Source: Candidatus Saccharimonadota bacterium (lineage in GTDB: Bacteria; Pseudomonadota; Gammaproteobacteria; Enterobacterales; Enterobacteriaceae). From it: DNA of 32,000 bases. The notes below the pieces were generated by a model that ran no database searches, had not been told where the DNA came from, and saw nothing but the letters and a program-made list of their open reading frames with translations. Shown here one piece after another: positions 10,393-22,692 of this stretch (within the stretch, counting starts at the first letter, position 1; every line of letters starts with the position of its first letter). A program made the translations under genes and the position numbers. Where the stretch lies: the NCBI GenBank assembly GCA_049942765.1, contig CP188086.1, positions 480,001 through 512,000 of the forward strand. The letters run 5' to 3'.

Positions 10393-10686
10393 TTATTTCA
10401 CAGGAACGCGAATAAAATCTACATGTAATAATTTAGGTTTAAATACATGATGATGAATCATTTGAACTTTTACATGATGTTCCATATCATTAACAATTAT
10501 AATTAAATTATTTTTATAAAAAATTGATTGAGAATGAATAGAAAAAATATTATCATGATTTAACTCAATTTTAATATTATCTTGTCCATTACCATAAATT
10601 ATTGCCGGTAATTTATTCTTTAAACGTAATTTTCTACTATCATTAGTTCCAGATCCTATACGATTTTTAACATAAATTTTAAGCAT
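10393..10686 (-). CDS. rplY: 50S ribosomal protein L25
   Basis: Matches E. coli L25 (94 aa): SRKLRLKNKLPAIIYG, HHHVFKPKLLHVDFIRV. The ORF-track start at 10731 adds 15 hydrophobic residues with no homologue. The ATG at 10686 (MLKIYVKNR) gives 97 aa. Confidence 0.9.
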   Translation of the reverse strand: MLKIYVKNRIGSGTNDSRKLRLKNKLPAIIYGNGQDNIKIELNHDNIFSIHSQSIFYKNNLIIIVNDMEHHVKVQMIHHHVFKPKLLHVDFIRVPVK

Positions 10687-10834
10687 GATAATTATTCCAT
10701 GATAAACTAAAAAAATAAACGATACTGTCATAAAACAAAAAATCTATTCTTCCCTGTTTAAACAACATCTTCAATAACAAACTTAACAAAAATATATTTA
10801 TGTACCGTTACAACAGTAACATTAACAACAAATA

Positions 10835-11674
10835 TTATAAATGACTATTTAACCAATTAATTTCTTTTTTCCAAATATTAGAATCTGTTGTTTCTAATAT
10901 TATCGGAATATTATTAAAACGATCATCCATCATTATTCTAGAAAAACAATCTAATCCTATAGAACCATAGCCCAAACTATGATGTCTATCTATTCGACTA
11001 TTTAATATATTTTTTGAATCATTAATATGCAATCCCCGTAAAAAATGAAACCCTACTATAGAATTAAATTTATCAAATGTATTCCAATAATCGTCATAAC
11101 TTCTTAAATCATACCCAGATGCAAATAAATGACACGTATCTAAACAAACACCAATTCTAGAATGATCATCTATACGTTCAATAATATGAGCTAAATGTTC
11201 AAAACAATAGCCTACATTACTACCTTGTCCAGCTGTATTCTCTATAACCAATACAATTTTTTTAGTACGTTTAATTACATAATTTATAGATTCTGAAATT
11301 CTATTCAAACATAATTTTTCGTTAATTTGATTTAGATGACTACCTGGATGAAAATTTAAAAAAAATAAACCTAATTGCATACATCGCATGACTTCTTCTA
11401 AAAATGCAATGCGAGATTTAGTTAATAAAATGTCTTGAGGGTGACCGAGATTAATCAAATAACTACTATGAGGCAAAATGTATTGAGGTAAAAAATTATA
11501 CATTTTACATGAAGCAATAAATTTTTCAATATCTTCTGTAGTTAATTGTGACGCTTTCCATTGCAATTGATTTTTAGTAAAACACGCAAAAGCTGTAGCT
11601 CCTAATAAATGAGCTCTATAAACTGCTTGATACATACCTCCTGATGAACTAACATGAGCTCCAATGTATTTCAT
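10835..11674 (-). CDS. nfo: endonuclease IV
   Basis: 279 aa. [60 protein letters not shown]: collinear with E. coli Nfo, metal ligands included. Confidence 0.95.
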   Translation of the reverse strand: MKYIGAHVSSSGGMYQAVYRAHLLGATAFACFTKNQLQWKASQLTTEDIEKFIASCKMYNFLPQYILPHSSYLINLGHPQDILLTKSRIAFLEEVMRCMQLGLFFLNFHPGSHLNQINEKLCLNRISESINYVIKRTKKIVLVIENTAGQGSNVGYCFEHLAHIIERIDDHSRIGVCLDTCHLFASGYDLRSYDDYWNTFDKFNSIVGFHFLRGLHINDSKNILNSRIDRHHSLGYGSIGLDCFSRIMMDDRFNNIPIILETTDSNIWKKEINWLNSHL

Positions 11675-12096
11675 ATATATCCATAAAAATATTATTGTAT
11701 AATCACAAAAACAACACTATTACATCTCTTCTAAATTAAATTTTTAAAAAATTTATTTCTATAAAAAATAATACATTCTATGTATAAAACAAAAACACAT
11801 TAATAATGTATACGATATTATGAATTAATTAATATTTAATTACAATATCAAAAAACTATATCTACAAAATGTTGCTATTTAATTATAGCGATAATTTAAA
11901 AAATCGTCTATATAATATTTATCTATTATATTATTTTTAAAAATATAAATTTCTTTATTAATCATCTTTATTATCCTTACATAAAACATAAATATTATAT
12001 AAATAAAAACATTATTTTGTGATATTTAACATATAATATTAATACAAATTACAACCAAAAATAATATATTTTATTTGTATAAACTCTGGATAACTT

Positions 12097-13017
12097 ATGC
12101 ATACTATCAATAATTTTACTTTTTATAAAAATATCTGTATGTTAAAAAAATATTGGGTTACTCAAGGTTGTACCATTGTACAACCATTAGATTTACCTAT
12201 AGGAGCCGGTACATTTCATTATCATACATTTTTAAATACAATAGGACCCGAACCTATATCAATTGCATATATTCAACCTTCTAGACGACCTTTAGATAGT
12301 AGATTTGGAAACAATCCAAATCGATTACAACATTATTACCAATTTCAAGTCATCATAAAACCAGCCCCAGAAAACATACAAGAACTATATTTAAATTCAC
12401 TAAAATATTTAAGTATATATAATACAGAAAATGATATACGATTTGTTGAAGATAATTGGGATAATCCAACTCTAGGTGCATGGGGTATAGGATGGGAAAT
12501 ATGGCTTAATGGAATGGAAATTAGTCAATTTACATACTTTCAAAAAATGGGTGGTTTAGAATGTCAACCCATCACTGCTGAAATTACATATGGTATAGAA
12601 AGATTAGCAATGCACATTCAAAATAAAGACAATGTATACGATTTAATTTGGGATCAAAATAAATACAATACAACTACATATGGAGATTTATTTTTTAAAA
12701 TCGAACAAGAACAATCTGAATACAATTTAAAAATAGCTGATACTAATTTTTTATTTGAATTATTTAATTTATATATTCAAGAATCTTATAGAATTTTATC
12801 AAATCACCAAAATTTATTAATTCCAGCTTATGAATCTACATTACAAGCTAATCATGTTTTCAATCTATTAGACGCTAGAAAAGCAATATCAATTACTGAA
12901 AGACAAAGTTATATTTTAAAAATTAGTAAAATCACTAAAATTATAGCAGAACAATATTATGAGTATAGAAAAAAATTAGGATTTCCATTATGTAAAACCA
13001 ATAGGAAAATAATATGA
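12097..13017 (+). CDS. glyQ: glycine--tRNA ligase alpha subunit
   Basis: 306 aa. [71 protein letters not shown]. Confidence 0.96.
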   Translation: MHTINNFTFYKNICMLKKYWVTQGCTIVQPLDLPIGAGTFHYHTFLNTIGPEPISIAYIQPSRRPLDSRFGNNPNRLQHYYQFQVIIKPAPENIQELYLNSLKYLSIYNTENDIRFVEDNWDNPTLGAWGIGWEIWLNGMEISQFTYFQKMGGLECQPITAEITYGIERLAMHIQNKDNVYDLIWDQNKYNTTTYGDLFFKIEQEQSEYNLKIADTNFLFELFNLYIQESYRILSNHQNLLIPAYESTLQANHVFNLLDARKAISITERQSYILKISKITKIIAEQYYEYRKKLGFPLCKTNRKII

Positions 13018-15080
13018 ATCAACATACATTTTTAATTGAACTAGGTGTTGAAGAATTACCAGCTAAGAAACTATATTCACTAGCACTTTTGTTTCACAAA
13101 AAAATACAATATGAATTTAAAAAAAAATATATTTGTTACGATAATAGCAAATGGTTTGCTTCTCCAAACAGAATTGCAGTACAAATCAATCATGTATATA
13201 TTGATAAAAAAAATCAAGAAACTATTATTAAAGGTCCATCACTAAAAAATGCATTTAACCAACAGAATGAATTAACAAATCATGCAATATTCTGGATGAA
13301 AAAATTAAATATTACTTTACAAGAAACATGTCGTATTAAAAAACAAAAAAATGAATATCTGGCATACAAAAAAAATTCCCAAAGAAAAATACAAACTAAT
13401 ATATTTCCAGAAATCATAATGAATGCCATTGATAATATATCTATCGGGAAACTTATGAAATGGAATCAATCAGAAAAAAAATTTTTTAGACCTATACGAA
13501 CAATAACCACAATGTATAATAATACTATTATTCCATTAAAAATATTTAATATTTCTTCTGATCAAAAAATTAGAGGACATCAAATATTAAATACAAAAAC
13601 TATAACTCTGAAACATGCTAAAGATTATGAAATTACCCTTCAAAAAGAAGGACATGTCATAGCTTGTTTTCATACAAGACAAAACATAATTAAAGAAAAA
13701 TCTATTGCAATAGCTCACAAAATAAATGGTACAATAAAAATACACGATAATTTATTAAATGAAATTACCTCATTGGTAGAATGGCCTACTGTTTACATGG
13801 CTGAATTTAAAAAAAAATTTCTCAAATTACCAGATATTGCTATTCTTCATATAATTCAAAATAACCAAAAATGTATTCCTATATATCAAAATAATAAATT
13901 ATCATCATATTTTATTTTTATTAGCAATATTAACACTAAAAATCCACAAAATATAATTATTGGAAATCAAAGAGTTGTTAATGCTAGATTATCTGATGCA
14001 GAATTCTTTTTTACAGAAGATAGAAAAAAATCATTAAAAGAACACTTAATTTTATTAAAAAATGTACTTTTTTATAAAAAATTAGGAACTCTTTATGATA
14101 AAACTATTCGGTTACAAAATATATCTCAATACATTGCAAATATTATTAATGAAAACCAAAATGATATTCAAATAGCAGCTCAATTATCTAAATGTGATCT
14201 TATTAGTAATATGGTAATAGCTTTTCCAGAAACCCAAGGTATTATGGGTATGCATTATGCTTTATTGGATAACATTAATATAAAAATAGCTCATGCTCTT
14301 AGAGATCAGTATAAACCTGAATATTCTGAAGATACGTTACCTACTAATATCATTGGTGATATTTTATCCATTTCTGATAAAATTGATTTAATTACAGGAA
14401 TGTTTACTATCGGAAAAGTACCATCTTCTATACAAGATCCATTTGCATTGCGTAGATCCGCGATAGGTATTCTTAAAATTATTATACAAAAAAAAATTCC
14501 TATTAATCTCACATCACTAATTCAAAAATCTATTTTATTACATAAAAGAACTATTGATATAACAACCATGATAAAAAAAATAGAATCTTTTTTTAATAAA
14601 AGATTATATGATATATATCATAAACAAGGTCATAACTACAATATAATACACTATATATTATTAAAACATCACAATGATCTATTAGAATTTGATTGCTGTA
14701 TTCAAGCTGTTCATACATTAAAAACAAATAAACAATTTAAATTAATACAATTAGCCTATAAAAGAATAAAAAACATAACAAAAAAAATTAAACATATTCC
14801 AACTAATAATATTAATATACAACTATTAAAATCTACAAATGAAAAAATATTACTTAACATAATACAACGTTGTAAATGTGATTTCAATACAAAATCAATA
14901 CAAAAAAAATATACATCATTACTACAACATATTATTCAATTAACTCCAATTATTCATTGTTTTTTTAATTCTAATATTATTAATCATTCAAATCCAAATA
15001 TTGCTCTTAATCGAATTAATTTACTAAAAACAATTGAAGAACTATTTTTATTAATAATTGATTTTACTTTAATAGAATAA
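13014..15080 (+). CDS. glyS: glycine--tRNA ligase beta subunit
   Basis: 688 aa (E. coli 689). N-terminal [14 protein letters not shown], then [21 protein letters not shown] and [13 protein letters not shown]. The start overlaps the glyQ stop by 4 nt (ATGA). Confidence 0.93.
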   Translation: MNQHTFLIELGVEELPAKKLYSLALLFHKKIQYEFKKKYICYDNSKWFASPNRIAVQINHVYIDKKNQETIIKGPSLKNAFNQQNELTNHAIFWMKKLNITLQETCRIKKQKNEYLAYKKNSQRKIQTNIFPEIIMNAIDNISIGKLMKWNQSEKKFFRPIRTITTMYNNTIIPLKIFNISSDQKIRGHQILNTKTITLKHAKDYEITLQKEGHVIACFHTRQNIIKEKSIAIAHKINGTIKIHDNLLNEITSLVEWPTVYMAEFKKKFLKLPDIAILHIIQNNQKCIPIYQNNKLSSYFIFISNINTKNPQNIIIGNQRVVNARLSDAEFFFTEDRKKSLKEHLILLKNVLFYKKLGTLYDKTIRLQNISQYIANIINENQNDIQIAAQLSKCDLISNMVIAFPETQGIMGMHYALLDNINIKIAHALRDQYKPEYSEDTLPTNIIGDILSISDKIDLITGMFTIGKVPSSIQDPFALRRSAIGILKIIIQKKIPINLTSLIQKSILLHKRTIDITTMIKKIESFFNKRLYDIYHKQGHNYNIIHYILLKHHNDLLEFDCCIQAVHTLKTNKQFKLIQLAYKRIKNITKKIKHIPTNNINIQLLKSTNEKILLNIIQRCKCDFNTKSIQKKYTSLLQHIIQLTPIIHCFFNSNIINHSNPNIALNRINLLKTIEELFLLIIDFTLIE

Positions 15081-15301
15081 ATAATTAAAATCATTAAGTT
15101 TAAATATATTTATAAAGATCATATTAACAATAATTAATTAATATAAATAAATTACGTATATTATACTAATAACATAAAATATATTTTTTATCTTGATGCT
15201 ATTACAGTGTCAAGATAAATCATAAATTAAAAAAATGATGCTATATATAAAAAATTTAATAACGATATTGATATAAGTTCATAACTATTTTTAGATGTAA
15301 T

Positions 15302-17874
<2,573 letters not shown>

Positions 17875-20301
17875 TCAATTTTCATTCAAAGTGCAACCGA
17901 TATGTCTTAAAGTTGCTTTAAAACATTTATTTAATCGTAATATATATTCATTAATATTACTAATAATATCTGAATCTTTTAAAGTATGAAACTGATTATT
18001 AAAAATTAATCGTAATGAAACACTTTTTTTATTGTAACCAATACGATTACTTCTATATATGTCACATACATAAATATCAATTATTTTGTTTAATAAACAT
18101 ACTTTTCCAACATTAATAACATCAAATACATCAACATTATCATCTAAAATAATAGATATATCCCGTTGACTACAAGGATAATTAGATATATCTTTTATAA
18201 CACTGTTAACAGTTAAATTTAATTCATCACAAAAAATATTAAAAATAAACACCGGATGTTTTAAATTTAATATTTCTTGAATACGTGTATCCAACATTCC
18301 TATAGAACCAATTTTTTTATTAAAACAATAAATAGCAGCACTTTGAATTTTATCAAAACCATTAATTTGTTCTTTTTTAAAAGATATATTGTCCAAACAT
18401 TGATTAATGTCTAGAATAGATTCTAGATCACCTTTTATGTCATAAAAATCACATATTCTATATTCCATCCCCCAATGTTTGTCATTTAAATATCCATATA
18501 CTATACCAGATATATGATATTCTTGTTGTACATGTAAACTATGTGATGCATTAGGAATAAAACACAAACCAACTTCAAATAAACGAATAGATTGTTGTTG
18601 CCTATTTTGATTATAAATAATAGTATTTAATAAACCCGGCCATAAAGATAATCTCATAGATGACATCTCTTGAGAAATAGGATTATTAACTAATAAATAT
18701 TCTTGATTTGGCATTAAAACTTTTTGAATACTAGGATTTACAAAACCATACGTTATAACTTCATAATATCCTCTATTTACTAACATAATTTTTACTTTAT
18801 CTAAATAAGAATATAAATTATCATCTAATACCCCTGTACTTCCTGTTACTTTAATTGGAATCTTAGGAATATTGTTCAATCCATATATTCTCATAATATC
18901 ACTTATTATATCTTCCTCAATTTTTATATCAAAACGCCATGATGGAGGATTTACATGACAATAAACACTATCAAATTTTATTATATTATAACCTAATTTT
19001 ATTAATATATTGTTACAAATATGAACGCTAATCATGCATCCTAAAATTTTATATACTGTTTGGTAATATAACCTGATACAAAACTGATGACATACCTCGC
19101 TATCATAAACTAATTCTCTATTAACGGGACCAACATTACCACCACAATATTCTAAAATAGTATTAGTAAAAAATTCCATCACATCAAATTGTACATTATA
19201 ATCTATACCTTTATTAAATCTATCAACAAGATCAACATCTAATTCGTATAATGAACAATTTACATTAATACTTTTAGTAGGTAAATATATACAACCTAAA
19301 AATATATTTTTTGTATATTTATCAAAATTAGATAAATCAGTATTTATTATTCCATATATAGATAAAATATCATTATAAGAGTTAGAAATAACAATCAATT
19401 CATCGTGACATTTAATTATAGTTTTTTCCAAGGATAAATATTCTTCTGATGGAAAAGAATGTCGTATTGTAATAGAACCATAAATATTATCAGCATCAAA
19501 AACATGAAAAATTTGACCAAATGTCAACATACAATAATTAATTAAATCTATAACAATATTTATTACTGGATAATTAATACGTCTTAACTTTTCTTTTAAC
19601 CAAAATGGAGATTCAACTTGTAAATTTACATCTTTAATCAATCTACCAAAATATCTTTTACACTTTATGTCATGTTTAATAGAAATATTGATAACATCAT
19701 TATTAGTGATAACAGCAGGATTAACTTCTAATTTTGGTAAAGGTAAAGTATTTAATACTGCTACTTCTCTTGCAATACCTATCAGATATAATACATCTGA
19801 CCTATTTGAATTAACAGATACTGTAATAATATTATCATTATCTGATAAATAACGATTTACAGACACACCTATTTCTGCATTGATAGGTAATTCAACAATA
19901 TTATTTTCCATATAAGTTATTTCAAAATCTTTAAATGAACATAAATAACCTTCAGATAATACACCTTTAATAAACATAGCAGTGATACGCCGTTTGTCAG
20001 ATAACATTGAACCAATCAAAGCTACAGCTACTTTCATACCAATAACGACAAAAAAAACAGATTGATGAATAATATTTATATTATTACATAACCCAATATT
20101 TACTTCTAATATATAAAAATTCTGAATATTAGGATGCATAGAATGTGCTACAATTTCCCCAACTACTACACCACTAAAATCTCCCGATATTTTTTGAATA
20201 TATTCAACTTCCAAACCTGATTGACTCAATTGATCACATAAATCAACAACTTTAATTGCAGGATTTACCCATTCACGTAACCATTTCTCAGTAAATTTCA
20301 T
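17875..20301 (-). CDS. pheT: phenylalanine--tRNA ligase beta subunit
   Basis: 808 aa (E. coli 795). MKF.E.WLREWVNPAI, PSWRFD..IEED, YYEVITY.FV, MRLSLWPGLLNT..YNQNRQQ, FYD.KGDLES.LD. Confidence 0.95.
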   Translation of the reverse strand: MKFTEKWLREWVNPAIKVVDLCDQLSQSGLEVEYIQKISGDFSGVVVGEIVAHSMHPNIQNFYILEVNIGLCNNINIIHQSVFFVVIGMKVAVALIGSMLSDKRRITAMFIKGVLSEGYLCSFKDFEITYMENNIVELPINAEIGVSVNRYLSDNDNIITVSVNSNRSDVLYLIGIAREVAVLNTLPLPKLEVNPAVITNNDVINISIKHDIKCKRYFGRLIKDVNLQVESPFWLKEKLRRINYPVINIVIDLINYCMLTFGQIFHVFDADNIYGSITIRHSFPSEEYLSLEKTIIKCHDELIVISNSYNDILSIYGIINTDLSNFDKYTKNIFLGCIYLPTKSINVNCSLYELDVDLVDRFNKGIDYNVQFDVMEFFTNTILEYCGGNVGPVNRELVYDSEVCHQFCIRLYYQTVYKILGCMISVHICNNILIKLGYNIIKFDSVYCHVNPPSWRFDIKIEEDIISDIMRIYGLNNIPKIPIKVTGSTGVLDDNLYSYLDKVKIMLVNRGYYEVITYGFVNPSIQKVLMPNQEYLLVNNPISQEMSSMRLSLWPGLLNTIIYNQNRQQQSIRLFEVGLCFIPNASHSLHVQQEYHISGIVYGYLNDKHWGMEYRICDFYDIKGDLESILDINQCLDNISFKKEQINGFDKIQSAAIYCFNKKIGSIGMLDTRIQEILNLKHPVFIFNIFCDELNLTVNSVIKDISNYPCSQRDISIILDDNVDVFDVINVGKVCLLNKIIDIYVCDIYRSNRIGYNKKSVSLRLIFNNQFHTLKDSDIISNINEYILRLNKCFKATLRHIGCTLNEN

Positions 20302-20321
20302 TTGAAATATGACCTTGATAA

Positions 20322-21302
20322 TTAAAATTGTTTAAGAAATCGTATATCATTTTTAAAAAAAGAACGGATATCAGATATATTATATCTTAACATAGTCATC
20401 CTCTCTATTCCAATTCCAAATGCACAACCTAAATATAATTTAGTATTAATATTCAAATTTTTTAATACCGATGGATGAACCATACCACAACCTAATACTT
20501 CTAACCAGTCTCCTTTATAACTTTTAATATCTACTTCAGCTGAAGGTACCGTAAAAGGAAAATAAGAACTACGAAATCTAATATTAATAGTCTTTCCAAA
20601 AAATTCATACAACAAACTTTCTAACATCCATTTTAAATTAGAAAAATTCACGTCTCTATCAATAATCAAACCTTCTAATTGATGAAACATTGGAGTATGC
20701 GTTGCATCATAATCATTTCTATATACTTTTCCAGGTACAATACAATAAATAGGTAGTTGTTGACTTTTTATAATTCTCACTTGCATACTAGAAGTTTGAG
20801 TTCTTAACAATCGATCAGTATCAAACCAAAAAGTATCATGCATAGCTCTAGCTGGATGATCTGAAGGAATATTTAATGCATCAAAATTATGATATTCATC
20901 CTCAATTTCAGGTCCTTCTATAGAATTAAATCCCAAACGAAAAAAAAAACTCTTTATAAAATTTATTGTGACAGTAATAGGATGTAAATGTCCATTGAAA
21001 AGTCTACGACCTGGTAAAGTAACATCAATATTTGATTTATACACGCTAACATTGCATAAATCATCACGTATCTTCTTTTTTTGATCAATGATTGCTTGAT
21101 AAATACCACTTTTTATTTTATTTAATACTATTCCAGTCTTTTTTTTATCTTCACGATTTAATGAAACAAGCTTTTTTATTTCAAGAGTAATATATCCCTT
21201 TTTACCAAGACACTTAATTCTAATTATTTCTAACTCTTCTAAAGTAGTTGAGTTATGTATGTCACTATAAATTAATTCTGCAAATTCAAATAATGATTTC
21301 AT
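20322..21302 (-). CDS. pheS: phenylalanine--tRNA ligase alpha subunit
   Basis: LGKKG..TL, HPIT, GPEIEDEYHNFDALNIP.DHPARAMHDTFWFD, LLRTQTS, YRNDYD.THTPMFHQ.EG, EVLGCGMVHP, ND.RFLKQF. The ORF-track start at 21317 is a TTG. The ATG at 21302 gives 326 aa, collinear with E. coli PheS (327 aa). Confidence 0.95.
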   Translation of the reverse strand: MKSLFEFAELIYSDIHNSTTLEELEIIRIKCLGKKGYITLEIKKLVSLNREDKKKTGIVLNKIKSGIYQAIIDQKKKIRDDLCNVSVYKSNIDVTLPGRRLFNGHLHPITVTINFIKSFFFRLGFNSIEGPEIEDEYHNFDALNIPSDHPARAMHDTFWFDTDRLLRTQTSSMQVRIIKSQQLPIYCIVPGKVYRNDYDATHTPMFHQLEGLIIDRDVNFSNLKWMLESLLYEFFGKTINIRFRSSYFPFTVPSAEVDIKSYKGDWLEVLGCGMVHPSVLKNLNINTKLYLGCAFGIGIERMTMLRYNISDIRSFFKNDIRFLKQF

Positions 21303-21438
21303 ATTTTCATGATTCAACTATATTTTGTAATGATTTAAAAATTAATAAATTATTAATTATACTTAATCAAGAACAACGCAAAACATATTAAAAAAATTTA
21401 AACAATAATCAATTGACACTAACAATGATTAGTAACAC

Positions 21439-21454
21439 GAGGGGAACCCCCCTC
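21439..21454 (-). terminator. GC-rich hairpin downstream of rplT (candidate rplT terminator or relic of the pheST attenuator)
   Basis: GAGGGG-AACC-CCCCTC on the plus strand; the minus strand reads GAGGGG-GGTT-CCCCTC. A 6-bp, almost pure G:C stem lies 25 nt after the rplT stop. The following sequence, GUGUUACUAAUCAUUGUU, is only moderately U-rich. Confidence 0.35.
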
Positions 21455-21479
21455 TCAAGAATTATATAATTCTACATTA

Positions 21480-21833
21480 CTATAATACTGACTGAGACTT
21501 TTGAATTAATTGAAGCAAAGCTTGATAATCAAAAACTGCCAAATGAGATAAAAGTTTTCGATCAATGTAAATTGATGCTAATTTTAATCCATGCATAAAT
21601 TTACTATATGATATATTACTTCTTCTCACTGCAGCATTTATACGAGTTATCCATAATTGACGAAATTGTCGTTTCCGTTGACGACGATCCCGATATGAAT
21701 ACTGACCTGCTTTAATTATAGCCTGCTTAGCAACTCTAAAAACACGAGATCTAGCACCATAATAACCCTTCGCTTTTTTTAAAACATTTTTATGTCTAGC
21801 ATGAGCGGTCACACCTCGCTTAATTCGTGCCAT
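21480..21833 (-). CDS. rplT: 50S ribosomal protein L20
   Basis: 117 aa. [57 protein letters not shown]. Confidence 0.97.
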   Translation of the reverse strand: MARIKRGVTAHARHKNVLKKAKGYYGARSRVFRVAKQAIIKAGQYSYRDRRQRKRQFRQLWITRINAAVRRSNISYSKFMHGLKLASIYIDRKLLSHLAVFDYQALLQLIQKSQSVL

Positions 21834-21867
21834 GCATATTCTCCTATAAAAAAACCATTACCTCGGA

Positions 21868-22065
21868 TTACCTATATGGGAAAAAAGATATTACAGATTT
21901 CATATCTTCTTTAGATAGAGCTACTTTTGCACGCAAATGTCTTTTATTTTTTGTATTTTTTTTAGTTAATAAATGCCTTAAATTTGCTTGTTTTCTTTTA
22001 AACATTCCAGATGCTATTTGTTTAAATCGCTTTGATGCACTACGTAACGTTTTTATCTTTGGCAT
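21868..22065 (-). CDS. rpmI: 50S ribosomal protein L35
   Basis: 65 aa. MPKIKT.R.A.KRFK, ANLRH.LTKK, KRHLR: collinear with E. coli L35. AGGAT lies upstream of the ATG. Confidence 0.97.
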   Translation of the reverse strand: MPKIKTLRSASKRFKQIASGMFKRKQANLRHLLTKKNTKNKRHLRAKVALSKEDMKSVISFFPYR

Positions 22066-22149
22066 GTGTTAATCCTAATTTTTAATATTACATACTTTAT
22101 TAATACATAACTATAAATTAATAATAATATCTAATATAAAAATATTACA

Positions 22150-22689
22150 TTACTTTTTTTTAGATGATATGATCATAATCATTTGTCTGCCTTCAATTTT
22201 AGAAGGAAAAAACTCAGTGATAGCATTTGATATTAAATCTTTTTGTATTCGTTTCAACATATTTATTCCAATATTTTGATGAGACATTTCTCTACCACGA
22301 AACCTTAAAGTCACCTTTACTTTATCACCTTCTTCTAAAAAACGACTAATATTACGTAACTTTACTTGATAGTCACCTTCATCAGTATTAGGTCTAAATT
22401 TAATTTCTTTAATATGAATTATTTTTTGTTTTTTCTTTTGTTCTTTAGAATGCTTACTTTTTTCATATAAAAATTTACCATAATCCATAATTCTACAAAC
22501 AGGAGGTTCCGCATTAGGACTAATCTCAACTAAATCTAATCCTAGTTCCTCTGCTTTTAACAAAGCATTATTCAAACTTACAATACCCATTGATTCAGTA
22601 TTATGTCCTGACAAACGTACTTTTAAAGCACGAATTTCTCTATTAATTTTATTAGGTTTTATTAATTGTACCTTTTTTACGACTTTAAT
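22150..22689 (-). CDS. infC: translation initiation factor IF-3 (ATT start)
   Basis: The ORF track shows only 22150..22614, starting at an internal TTG. Extending the frame gives (I)[38 protein letters not shown], collinear with E. coli [39 protein letters not shown]. The first codon after the in-frame TAG is AGC, then ATT (22689..22687). GGAGG (22702..22698) lies 8 nt upstream. The product is 179 aa vs 180 in E. coli, which also uses AUU. Confidence 0.93.
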   Translation of the reverse strand: MKVVKKVQLIKPNKINREIRALKVRLSGHNTESMGIVSLNNALLKAEELGLDLVEISPNAEPPVCRIMDYGKFLYEKSKHSKEQKKKQKIIHIKEIKFRPNTDEGDYQVKLRNISRFLEEGDKVKVTLRFRGREMSHQNIGINMLKRIQKDLISNAITEFFPSKIEGRQMIMIISSKKK

Positions 22690-22692
22690 GCT

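Noticed and set aside
21363-21386. Mini-ORF MFCVVLD between rplT and pheS as a pheM-like leader peptide
   Set aside because: The E. coli pheM leader has a run of Phe codons; this ORF has one. I could not build alternative terminator/antiterminator pairings around it, and ATG-initiated mini-ORFs are frequent by chance.
21385-21412. Sigma70-like promoter (TTGATT, 16 nt, TAATAT) upstream of pheS; similar TTGAAA at 920-925 upstream of carA
   Set aside because: Hexamers resembling -10 and -35 elements occur throughout 80% AT sequence. Without 5'-end data they cannot be told from background, so they are not listed as features.
21827-22072. 81-aa plus-strand ORF spanning rpmI and the rplT start
   Set aside because: It is antisense to two highly conserved ribosomal protein genes and is an artefact of stop-poor complementary frames.
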